A stretch of DNA of 64,000 bases, taken from NCBI GenBank assembly GCA_934129945.1, contig CAKOXC010000002.1, forward strand, positions 53,747 to 117,746, given 5' to 3'. Position numbers and translations under genes: made by a program. The notes under the pieces are model-generated. The model saw nothing but the letters and a program-made list of their open reading frames with translations, was not told where the DNA came from and did no database searches. Below, piece after piece: positions 10,725-18,066 of this stretch (its first letter is position 1; every line of letters starts with the position of its first letter). Source of the DNA: an uncultured Bacilli bacterium (lineage in GTDB: Bacteria; Bacillota_I; Bacilli_A; RF39; UBA660).

Positions 10725-11543
10725 TTATTTTAATTCATTATTATCTTTTTCTAATTCTTTTAAACTTTTTTCTGGTGTTTTTAATTCTTCTGGCATAGTT
10801 CCTCCCAATCTTTTAATACTATTTCTAACTTCTTTACCTACTTCAAAATGAACAGAATTTGCAGTATATTCATTATCCACATTGTCTCTTTTTAATTTAG
10901 CATCAGTTTGAGCAATTCTAAATATATTATCTGCAAGTTCTTCACTACCCATATTATCTAATATATCTTCTCTATATCTAAGTTTCTTTCTTTTAAAAAT
11001 AACATCGGCTGTTTCACCATTATAAAGTCCTTTATATCCCGCATTATGAAATCTTGCTAAATCTTTTACACCAATTTTCACTGCTGTTTTATTTAAATTA
11101 AAATTTCCTTTTCTTGCTTGATTTCTTCTATATAATCTTTTTTCATTTTCTGTCAATTCATTATAATTTTTTTCACTTAGTTCTTGTTTTCTTGTTTGAA
11201 TGGCAAAATAAGTTTGACCTAAAGCAATTATCTTCTTTTTAGGATTAGCATTTTGAACTATTAAATAGCATATATATCTAGTTAATTTATAATCCTTGAT
11301 AAATTCTTCTTTACCTTTGCCATTTTTTATTGGCTTCCTGACTTCAGGAAGCCAATATAAATTATCATTGCTACTATTTTTGTAAGATGCAACTGCTTTC
11401 TTAATTACGTTATTAAAATTTTCCCACTTGCTATATTCAAGCAATGGCATTAATTCTCTTGCTAACCAATATTCTTCACCATTTTTATCTATATGTTTAA
11501 CATTTTCAAATACTTTTTCTGTGTATTTCTTCAATCCATTCAT
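10725..11543 (-). CDS. DinD-like (DNA-damage-inducible protein D family) protein, copy 1
   Basis: Paralog of 58451..59305 (about 60% identical by eye). Likely start ATG 11543 with SD AAAGGAGG. Family assignment from memory of DinD/Bro-N-like proteins. Confidence 0.5.
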   Translation of the reverse strand: MNGLKKYTEKVFENVKHIDKNGEEYWLARELMPLLEYSKWENFNNVIKKAVASYKNSSNDNLYWLPEVRKPIKNGKGKEEFIKDYKLTRYICYLIVQNANPKKKIIALGQTYFAIQTRKQELSEKNYNELTENEKRLYRRNQARKGNFNLNKTAVKIGVKDLARFHNAGYKGLYNGETADVIFKRKKLRYREDILDNMGSEELADNIFRIAQTDAKLKRDNVDNEYTANSVHFEVGKEVRNSIKRLGGTMPEELKTPEKSLKELEKDNNELK

Positions 11544-11559
11544 TTTATCATCCTCCTTT

Positions 11560-13596
11560 CTATGGACTACAAGTCTCAATTTTTAATTTATTATTTTTAA
11601 TTTTAAACATAATACTACCATTTTTATCTGTTCTATATATTTTTGAATCCTGTAATGTATCTAAAACTTCTTTATTCGGATGGCCATACCCATTATTCTT
11701 TCCAACACTGATTATGGAATATTTAGGATTTATATAATCAATAAATTCTTTTCCACTGCTTGTCTTAGAACCATGGTGTCCAATTTTTAATACATCGATA
11801 TCAGATAAATCATAATTATTTATTATATCCTTTTCTCTTGCTATTCCAGCATCTCCCATAAATAAAAATTTATAATTATTTAACTTTGTATAAATAACAT
11901 TGCTATTATTATTTTCATTATCATATTCTTTTGTATTTAAAAAATATAATTTACTATTATTAATATCTAAATTCTGAATACAAGAAGAATATTTAATATT
12001 ATTTTTATCTAATAAATTCATCAAATTTATTTCTAAATCATTATAAGATCCACAATTAAATACCACTTGTTCTACTTTAAAGTCACTAACTAAATTGACT
12101 GCTTCTCCCATATGATCGTAGTCTCCATGAGTAATTATTAATTTTGTAATTTTAGTAATACCAAAACTTTTTAAAAATGTAATTAATTGCTCTGAATCTT
12201 TATATTCTTTTGTTTTTTCTTGCCAGGATTCTTTTTGATAGGTAGTTTTACCACCTGTATCAATCATTACTACGTCTTTGTGTTTTGGACTTATAATTAC
12301 TTCACAATCACCTTGACCTGCATCTAAATAATAAATATAATAGTTGCTATTAAATAAATAACTAAATTTAGTTATTACTACTAAGACTGGTAAAAATAGC
12401 AATAATTTTTTGTTCTTTGTTTTTATAAATAAAATCAGGAAAACATAATATATTAAAATTATAATTAAATTCATTTTACCAGTAGTTATTATAAAAGCTA
12501 ATTTTTCTAATAAAAAATTACTGTATTCTAGTATTACTATTAAGATATGTAAAATACTATCTAAAAATGGAAAAATAAAAGAAAGTAATAAAAATGGGTA
12601 AAGAATATATGAAACAAATGGTACTATTAAAATATTAATAAATATTGAGATTAAATTAAATTCAAAATTATTGTAAAGAGTTATTGGTAAAGACAATAAA
12701 AAAGCAAATATTGAAAGACTTATAATACATTTTGGTTTAATTAAAAATAAACCAAGTGTTATTATAAATGAATATTGGAATCCAACATCTAATATTAAAA
12801 ATGGATTTATTAAAATTAAAATAAAGGCTGTATAAAAAAGTAATTTTGAATTATTAAAATCTTTGAATAAATTTATATTTTTTAAAGTATAAAATATAGT
12901 AACTCTTAAAACAGAAGACGTAAACATTACTAAAAAACTATAAATATATAAAAATATTACGATGAATTTATTATTGAACTTTAATTTATTAAATATAAGA
13001 ATAAGCATGCTTATATGCATGCCTGAAATAGCAAATAAATGGGTTATTCCATTGGTTTTATATAAATTGTATACATTACTCTCTAAAAGGCTTTTATCAC
13101 CTAGGATAAAGGTATAAAAATATTTAGAATCCTTTCTATTATCAATCATTTTTATGATAAAATTCTTTAATTTATAAAAAATATTATTCTTTTTAATTAT
13201 TTTAACTGTCTTTGTATTCATGATAAGATTTATATTTTTAGATTTTAAATATTTTTTATAATTAAAGTTATTAGTAATAGTATTATTAACTGGTTCATTA
13301 ACTGAACCAGTAGTTTTTATAGTATATCCTAACTCAAGATTATTCTCTAAATACTTTTTTTCACTTTCTGTTTTTATATAGTAATTTGCTATTATTTTTT
13401 GTTTATTCTTTAACTGCATTGAAAGTTTATCACCATCTATTTTATAAGCTACTAAAACACCATTAAATTTATCTATATTTAAATTAGAATTTTTTATATT
13501 AAAATTTAGTATAATATAAACAGATAACATTATAAATAAAATAATTAATGTAATATTAGATTGTAATATTTGATTTAATTTTTTCAAACAATGCAT
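11560..13596 (-). CDS. comEC: DNA internalization competence protein ComEC/Rec2
   Basis: 678 aa. N-terminal polytopic membrane region plus C-terminal metallo-beta-lactamase motif (ITHGDYDHMGEA). Overlaps comEA. Confidence 0.85.
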   Translation of the reverse strand: MHCLKKLNQILQSNITLIILFIMLSVYIILNFNIKNSNLNIDKFNGVLVAYKIDGDKLSMQLKNKQKIIANYYIKTESEKKYLENNLELGYTIKTTGSVNEPVNNTITNNFNYKKYLKSKNINLIMNTKTVKIIKKNNIFYKLKNFIIKMIDNRKDSKYFYTFILGDKSLLESNVYNLYKTNGITHLFAISGMHISMLILIFNKLKFNNKFIVIFLYIYSFLVMFTSSVLRVTIFYTLKNINLFKDFNNSKLLFYTAFILILINPFLILDVGFQYSFIITLGLFLIKPKCIISLSIFAFLLSLPITLYNNFEFNLISIFINILIVPFVSYILYPFLLLSFIFPFLDSILHILIVILEYSNFLLEKLAFIITTGKMNLIIILIYYVFLILFIKTKNKKLLLFLPVLVVITKFSYLFNSNYYIYYLDAGQGDCEVIISPKHKDVVMIDTGGKTTYQKESWQEKTKEYKDSEQLITFLKSFGITKITKLIITHGDYDHMGEAVNLVSDFKVEQVVFNCGSYNDLEINLMNLLDKNNIKYSSCIQNLDINNSKLYFLNTKEYDNENNNSNVIYTKLNNYKFLFMGDAGIAREKDIINNYDLSDIDVLKIGHHGSKTSSGKEFIDYINPKYSIISVGKNNGYGHPNKEVLDTLQDSKIYRTDKNGSIMFKIKNNKLKIETCSP

Positions 13597-14317
13597 CTCC
13601 TATACCTGAAACATTTTTTATATCATCAATTGTTTTAAAAGACCCATTAGTATTGCGATATTCAATAATAGCAGTAGCTTTCGATTCACCAATTGAATTT
13701 AATGTCATCAGTTCTTCTTTTGTTGCTGAATTAATTGAAATTAATTTATTTGTATTTTGGCTACCAGAACTTACTTGTTCATTGGATTTTACAGAATTAG
13801 AGTTATCTAAGCTTTTACTTGTAGTTGTATTACTGTTAATAATAGATGCATTATTTTCATTGCATTCATTTATGATAACACTATCACTTGTACATTCACT
13901 ATTACTTGATAAACTATTTCCTTTAGTAATCTGAAGTAACTCATTTTTTGTAAATACTTTAATAACCATTTGATCCTCTAATTTTTTACTTAAATTAAGA
14001 TTACTCGTATCAGCATTCTTTTTTAATCCTCCAGCTAAATTTATTAAATCAATCACATTACTTGTATTTTCCAATTCATAAACACCTGGATTTTTAATAG
14101 CTCCTTTTACATCAACTTTTATTTTATCATTTTGTTTCTTTTCTTCTTCTACATTTTCTTTTAAAGTTTGAATATTTTGATTAGTAGTTTCATTTTTTAT
14201 TGTTCTAACATTAAATGAACGATAAATGAGCACAATTATCCCTGTTAAAAGAAATATAAATAACGATAAACAAATAATATTAAAATAATAGTCAATTATT
14301 TCTTTTATTTTATTCAT
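13556..14317 (-). CDS. comEA: competence protein ComEA (DNA receptor)
   Basis: N-terminal TM, SH3-like/KNPGVY motif, C-terminal tandem helix-hairpin-helix (ISINSATKEELMTLNSIGESKATAII...). Confidence 0.8.
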   Translation of the reverse strand: MNKIKEIIDYYFNIICLSLFIFLLTGIIVLIYRSFNVRTIKNETTNQNIQTLKENVEEEKKQNDKIKVDVKGAIKNPGVYELENTSNVIDLINLAGGLKKNADTSNLNLSKKLEDQMVIKVFTKNELLQITKGNSLSSNSECTSDSVIINECNENNASIINSNTTTSKSLDNSNSVKSNEQVSSGSQNTNKLISINSATKEELMTLNSIGESKATAIIEYRNTNGSFKTIDDIKNVSGIGDALFEKIKSNITI

Positions 14318-14321
14318 TTTT

Positions 14322-14396
14322 TCACCCCCTTCTACTATCTTATTACAAAAAAATGTCTCATTTCCTTTTTTTTCTTATTAATTTCTTAAAAAAATC
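14322..14396 (-). promoter_or_regulatory. conserved promoter/leader cassette, copy 1 (upstream of comEA)
   Basis: Minus-strand reading AAGAAATTAATAAGAAAAAAAAGGAAATGAGACATTTTTTTGTAATAAGATAGTAGAAGGGGG then ATG. Near-identical to copies at 15270..15342 and 34978..35050. Confidence 0.6.
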
Positions 14397-14418
14397 ATTA
14401 AAAAAAAGCAAATATTAA

Positions 14419-15261
14419 CTATTTTGCTATTTTTTTGATTTCAGTAATATTTAGTCCTGTTAATCTAGAAATACTTTCTAAAGGTATTTTTTCATCAAGC
14501 ATTTTCTTTGCTATTTCTATTTGCTTTTGATTAGATCCTTTTTCAATACCTTCTTCAATACCCTCTAATCTTTCACTATTTAAAATCATTTCTTGATCTT
14601 CTTCTGGATCAAATAATATCTCGGCAAATTCTTCTGCACTTAATTTCTTCTTAAACTTTTCCATTATCTTACCCCTTATCTTACTTCCTTGTACAAGTTC
14701 TTCCATTTTTTTAATACTTGTACAATTTAGCATCGCAAGATTCTTTTCTTTCTCGCTAATATTATTATAATCCATTTCTTTATATTTGCCTAGATATATT
14801 TCATGTATTGTTATTTTTTCATCTCTTACTTTATTTTTCTCATCATACATTCTTTTGGTTGTATTTATTATATCTTCATCTATTTCACATAAATAGTTAT
14901 TTATATTTATTTGATATAACTTAAATTCTTTTTTATAGTTCTTATCATATTTAAATATTTGTAATATTACTTTTGCTACATAACATAAATTTCTATTATC
15001 TAGATAATCTCTTTTAAAATTATTAGCTTCAATATTTAAAAATGTATTTGATTCTTTATCTCTTAAACATAAATCTACTCTATTTCTTGTATCTTTTATA
15101 TTTATAACCATCAATTCTTCACTCGTTAAATCAAAGCTATTTAAATCTAACTCGAAGTAATCTTTAAATATTTCATTTAATAATTCTCTAAATTCACTAC
15201 ATTCTTTAAACATACTTTTAAATATACAATCAGTAAGTAATGAGACTTTTTTCATTTGCAT
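14419..15261 (-). CDS. Rpn-family recombination-promoting nuclease / putative transposase (PD-(D/E)XK, YhgA-like), copy 1
   Basis: N-terminal D-x-I-F-K-x-x-F motif (DCIFKSMF), C-terminal EGIEEGIEKG...IAKKML repeat region typical of Rpn/YhgA-like proteins. Confidence 0.55.
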   Translation of the reverse strand: MQMKKVSLLTDCIFKSMFKECSEFRELLNEIFKDYFELDLNSFDLTSEELMVINIKDTRNRVDLCLRDKESNTFLNIEANNFKRDYLDNRNLCYVAKVILQIFKYDKNYKKEFKLYQININNYLCEIDEDIINTTKRMYDEKNKVRDEKITIHEIYLGKYKEMDYNNISEKEKNLAMLNCTSIKKMEELVQGSKIRGKIMEKFKKKLSAEEFAEILFDPEEDQEMILNSERLEGIEEGIEKGSNQKQIEIAKKMLDEKIPLESISRLTGLNITEIKKIAK

Positions 15262-15269
15262 TATTATTG

Positions 15270-15342
15270 CACCTCCTACTATCTTATTACAAAAAAATGT
15301 CTCATTTCCTTTTTTTTCTTATTAATTTCTTAAAAAAATAGC
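15270..15342 (-). promoter_or_regulatory. conserved promoter/leader cassette, copy 2 (upstream of Rpn-family gene)
   Basis: Same ~65-nt core as copy 1, followed by SD GGAGGTG and ATG at 15261. Confidence 0.6.
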
Positions 15343-15356
15343 AATTTCTTGCTAAT
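15331..15356 (-). terminator. intrinsic terminator downstream of SEDS gene
   Basis: TAGCAA-gaaa-TTGCTA hairpin followed by T7 on the minus strand. Confidence 0.55.
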
Positions 15357-15369
15357 TTTTTAAAAGTTT

Positions 15370-16524
15370 CTACTTTAGTACCATTTCTTGCTTTTCTTTA
15401 GCAATATTATTTTCAATTGAGACCCTTTGAACTACAAATAGCATTACAATTATATTTATTGTAAAACTTCCTCCATAGCTTAATAATGGTAAAGGAACTC
15501 CTGTTAAAGGGATAACAGCAAGACTTCCTAAAAAATTAATTAATAAATGCATAAATATTAGTGCAAAAGTTCCATAAGCTAAAATTGAACCTCGAAGCGT
15601 ATATGATTTTTTAGCAACCCTTAATATACGGTAAAGTATATATAAATATCCTAATATCATTAAAATTCCAAATATAAGTCCTAACTCTTCAACAATGATG
15701 GCAAAGATAAAGTCAGTATGAGCTTCAGGTAGATATAAATATTTTTGAGTGGAATTACCGAGTCCTACCCCAAATAATCTACCATTATGCATTGCAATAA
15801 AACCATTACATACCTGATATCCGGTATCTTCTTTATATCTCTTACATGGTTCTTTAAATTTAAATCTAGCCATTTGAGTCTCATTAAAAAAATCATTACC
15901 AGAATTTATAAATACAATACCACCAATTATTAAAGCAATTCCTAAAAATTTTAACAATCTTGTAAAATTATTTTTTTCAATAGGTAAAATAATAAATATT
16001 AAAAAAGTTATTCCTGCAAGAATTACGGCACCACCAAAATCTGGCTGCATACAAATAAGTAAAAACATCACTATAGCAACTGCTATAGGAATTAAATAAT
16101 TATACACATTAGTATTTTTTTTCTTTAAAATTCGATCATAAAAAACTGCCATATAAATTATAATAATTGATTTAGCAAATTCAGTAGGTTGCAAATTAAA
16201 GAATCCTATTTTATACCAACTTTGAGCACCATTAGATATTCTACCATAAATAAATAATCCAGCTAAAGCTGCAAGTATTCCTAAAACTAAAAATGGTGTA
16301 AAATACTTATATTTACTGGTTGGAAGTTTTAAAATTACAATTCCTATTATAAAAGATACTATAATAAATAACAATTGACGAATAAAAAAGTAATATGTTG
16401 AAACATGATACCTTAAAACAGCAGATACAGAAGACGCACTAAGTATCATAATAAGACCAAATACAGAATATAAAATTGTAAAAAATAATAATGGCTTATC
16501 CATTTTAGACAACATCTTCTTCAT
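15370..16524 (-). CDS. SEDS-family peptidoglycan glycosyltransferase (FtsW/RodA/SpoVE)
   Basis: 384 aa, 10 predicted TMs. N-terminus MDKPLLFFTILYSVFGLIMILSASSV characteristic of FtsW/RodA. Confidence 0.8.
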   Translation of the reverse strand: MKKMLSKMDKPLLFFTILYSVFGLIMILSASSVSAVLRYHVSTYYFFIRQLLFIIVSFIIGIVILKLPTSKYKYFTPFLVLGILAALAGLFIYGRISNGAQSWYKIGFFNLQPTEFAKSIIIIYMAVFYDRILKKKNTNVYNYLIPIAVAIVMFLLICMQPDFGGAVILAGITFLIFIILPIEKNNFTRLLKFLGIALIIGGIVFINSGNDFFNETQMARFKFKEPCKRYKEDTGYQVCNGFIAMHNGRLFGVGLGNSTQKYLYLPEAHTDFIFAIIVEELGLIFGILMILGYLYILYRILRVAKKSYTLRGSILAYGTFALIFMHLLINFLGSLAVIPLTGVPLPLLSYGGSFTINIIVMLFVVQRVSIENNIAKEKQEMVLK

Positions 16525-16661
16525 TTTCTACTCTCACCTATAATAATAATACCATATTTATCTAATATTTAAAAACTTATTTAAATAAATTGGGATTTTT
16601 TAATGTCAAAATTGACATTTAACTAATAAACTATATTAGATACATAAAGGAGGTAATAAGT

Positions 16662-16850
16662 ATGTATTATTATGGAAACAATGGTTTCTATGGTGGAAGC
16701 CAAATGCCTTATTCTAATCCTTGCTGTAATACAGGTTATGCAGGATATACATCTGGTTACGGAATTGGCGCAGCAATATGGATAGTTCTATTTATCCTTC
16801 TAGTAATAATAATCGGCGCTGGTTGGAACTGGGGAAATAATAACAACTAA
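16662..16850 (+). CDS. YjcZ-like small sporulation membrane protein
   Basis: 62 aa Gly/Tyr-rich N-terminus then hydrophobic segment AIWIVLFILLVIIIGAGW. Strong SD AAGGAGG. Confidence 0.45.
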   Translation: MYYYGNNGFYGGSQMPYSNPCCNTGYAGYTSGYGIGAAIWIVLFILLVIIIGAGWNWGNNNN

Positions 16851-16880
16851 AAAAATATCTCTTAATTGAGATATTTTTTA
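16849..16880. terminator. bidirectional intrinsic terminator between yjcZ-like gene and pilin gene
   Basis: AAATATCTC-ttaatt-GAGATATTT flanked by A-run and T-run. Confidence 0.6.
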
Positions 16881-16884
16881 ATTA

Positions 16885-17355
16885 TTACTCAAGTTTCGTA
16901 GCACCTGTTACTCCGCCACAATCTTTACTTACAGTCTTAGAACCTTTTGATGAAACTTTATCAGTAGTAATATCTGGTTTTGCATTTTCTATAATATAAT
17001 TGTTATTAGCAAACCATATAGTATAATCTGTAGTACCACTAGACGGATCAATTACTAACTTAACACTACCGGTATATGAATTATCATTCTTCTCCAAAAA
17101 ACCATTTTTTAAGTAATCATAAGTTATGCAAAAAGTATTTCCACTTTTGCCTTGCATAACTGCATCTGCATATGCTGTTTGAGCTGCTCTAATAACCTCA
17201 TTTGCCTCAACTGCAAATGAATTTTTTCTAGCTTTTTCCATTGAACTTAATACTGCTGGCATAGCTATTAAAATAATTATTGCAAGTACTACGATTACTG
17301 CTAATAACTCTACTAATGTAAAACCTTTTTTATTTTTTAAATTTAATTTGTTCAT
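16885..17355 (-). CDS. type IV pilin / competence pseudopilin (ComGC-like) with class III signal peptide
   Basis: Prepilin motif KGFTLVELLAVIVVLAIIILIA (G|FTLVE). 156 aa. Own sigma-A-like promoter TTGACT-18-TATAAT at 17385-17414. Confidence 0.75.
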   Translation of the reverse strand: MNKLNLKNKKGFTLVELLAVIVVLAIIILIAMPAVLSSMEKARKNSFAVEANEVIRAAQTAYADAVMQGKSGNTFCITYDYLKNGFLEKNDNSYTGSVKLVIDPSSGTTDYTIWFANNNYIIENAKPDITTDKVSSKGSKTVSKDCGGVTGATKLE

Positions 17356-17448
17356 TTCTTCACACGTCCTTACCTTACATTAAGATTATATAACATTTTT
17401 TTATCTTAAGTCAAGGTTAGAATTTTAAAAAAATAAAAGATTATTCTT

Positions 17449-17670
17449 TTATTTTAAAATATTTAATATATTACTTACTAAATCTATATTATCCACAACT
17501 TCACCAATTTTATCAGTTGCTCTTATTTTATATTGTTCTTTCATAGTTTTAACAAATTTATCATAATTTAGAGGATTTCTATTCAAATACTTGTACCATT
17601 CAGAATTTAATTTTAAATATCCCATCATTTTAGGATCATTTTTTAACTTAGTTTGAATATCTATTCGCAT
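17449..17670 (-). CDS. YlbE-like small protein
   Basis: 73 aa; motif ...EWYKYLNRNP... resembles Bacillus YlbE. Adjacent to YlbD-like ORF. Confidence 0.3.
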   Translation of the reverse strand: MRIDIQTKLKNDPKMMGYLKLNSEWYKYLNRNPLNYDKFVKTMKEQYKIRATDKIGEVVDNIDLVSNILNILK

Positions 17671-18018
17671 TTAATCCTCAAAAAATTTATTAATAGGTCG
17701 TGGATTAATAGGTCCTTTAGCTAAATTAGTAGCTACTTCACCACCTTTTTTACCAGCTAATTCTTGTACTACCCCTATTGCTTTTTGAGCAGTATTTATA
17801 TGTTTTTGAATAGATTCAGTATTAATATTTCCAAGAATATCCTGAAAACTATTAACAGTAGGTTTTGATGAAGTTATGTAAGAACTCCAAGCTTTTGCAT
17901 CATCACCATAAATATCATAAATTTCATAAAACTTTTGCCATGTCATATCACCGTTTTTAATAAATCCTACAAGTTCTGGATGATTTCTAGCAAATAATTT
18001 AAAATTCTCTTTTGACAT
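17671..18018 (-). CDS. YlbD-like protein (putative spore coat-associated)
   Basis: 115 aa, adjacency to YlbE-like gene as in Bacillus. Weak. Confidence 0.3.
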   Translation of the reverse strand: MSKENFKLFARNHPELVGFIKNGDMTWQKFYEIYDIYGDDAKAWSSYITSSKPTVNSFQDILGNINTESIQKHINTAQKAIGVVQELAGKKGGEVATNLAKGPINPRPINKFFED

Positions 18019-18066
18019 ACTATCACCTATAAAATTATATTAAAAAAAGTCCTTAATAGAACTTTT

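Noticed and set aside
14419-15261. Rpn-family genes as mobile elements (putative transposase annotation), and the XerC-like gene at 47451..48335 as a phage integrase
   Set aside because: No terminal inverted repeats or target duplications are visible around either Rpn gene. The recombinase sits in the conserved topA-codV position and has XerC/D-type motifs. No mobile_element call made.
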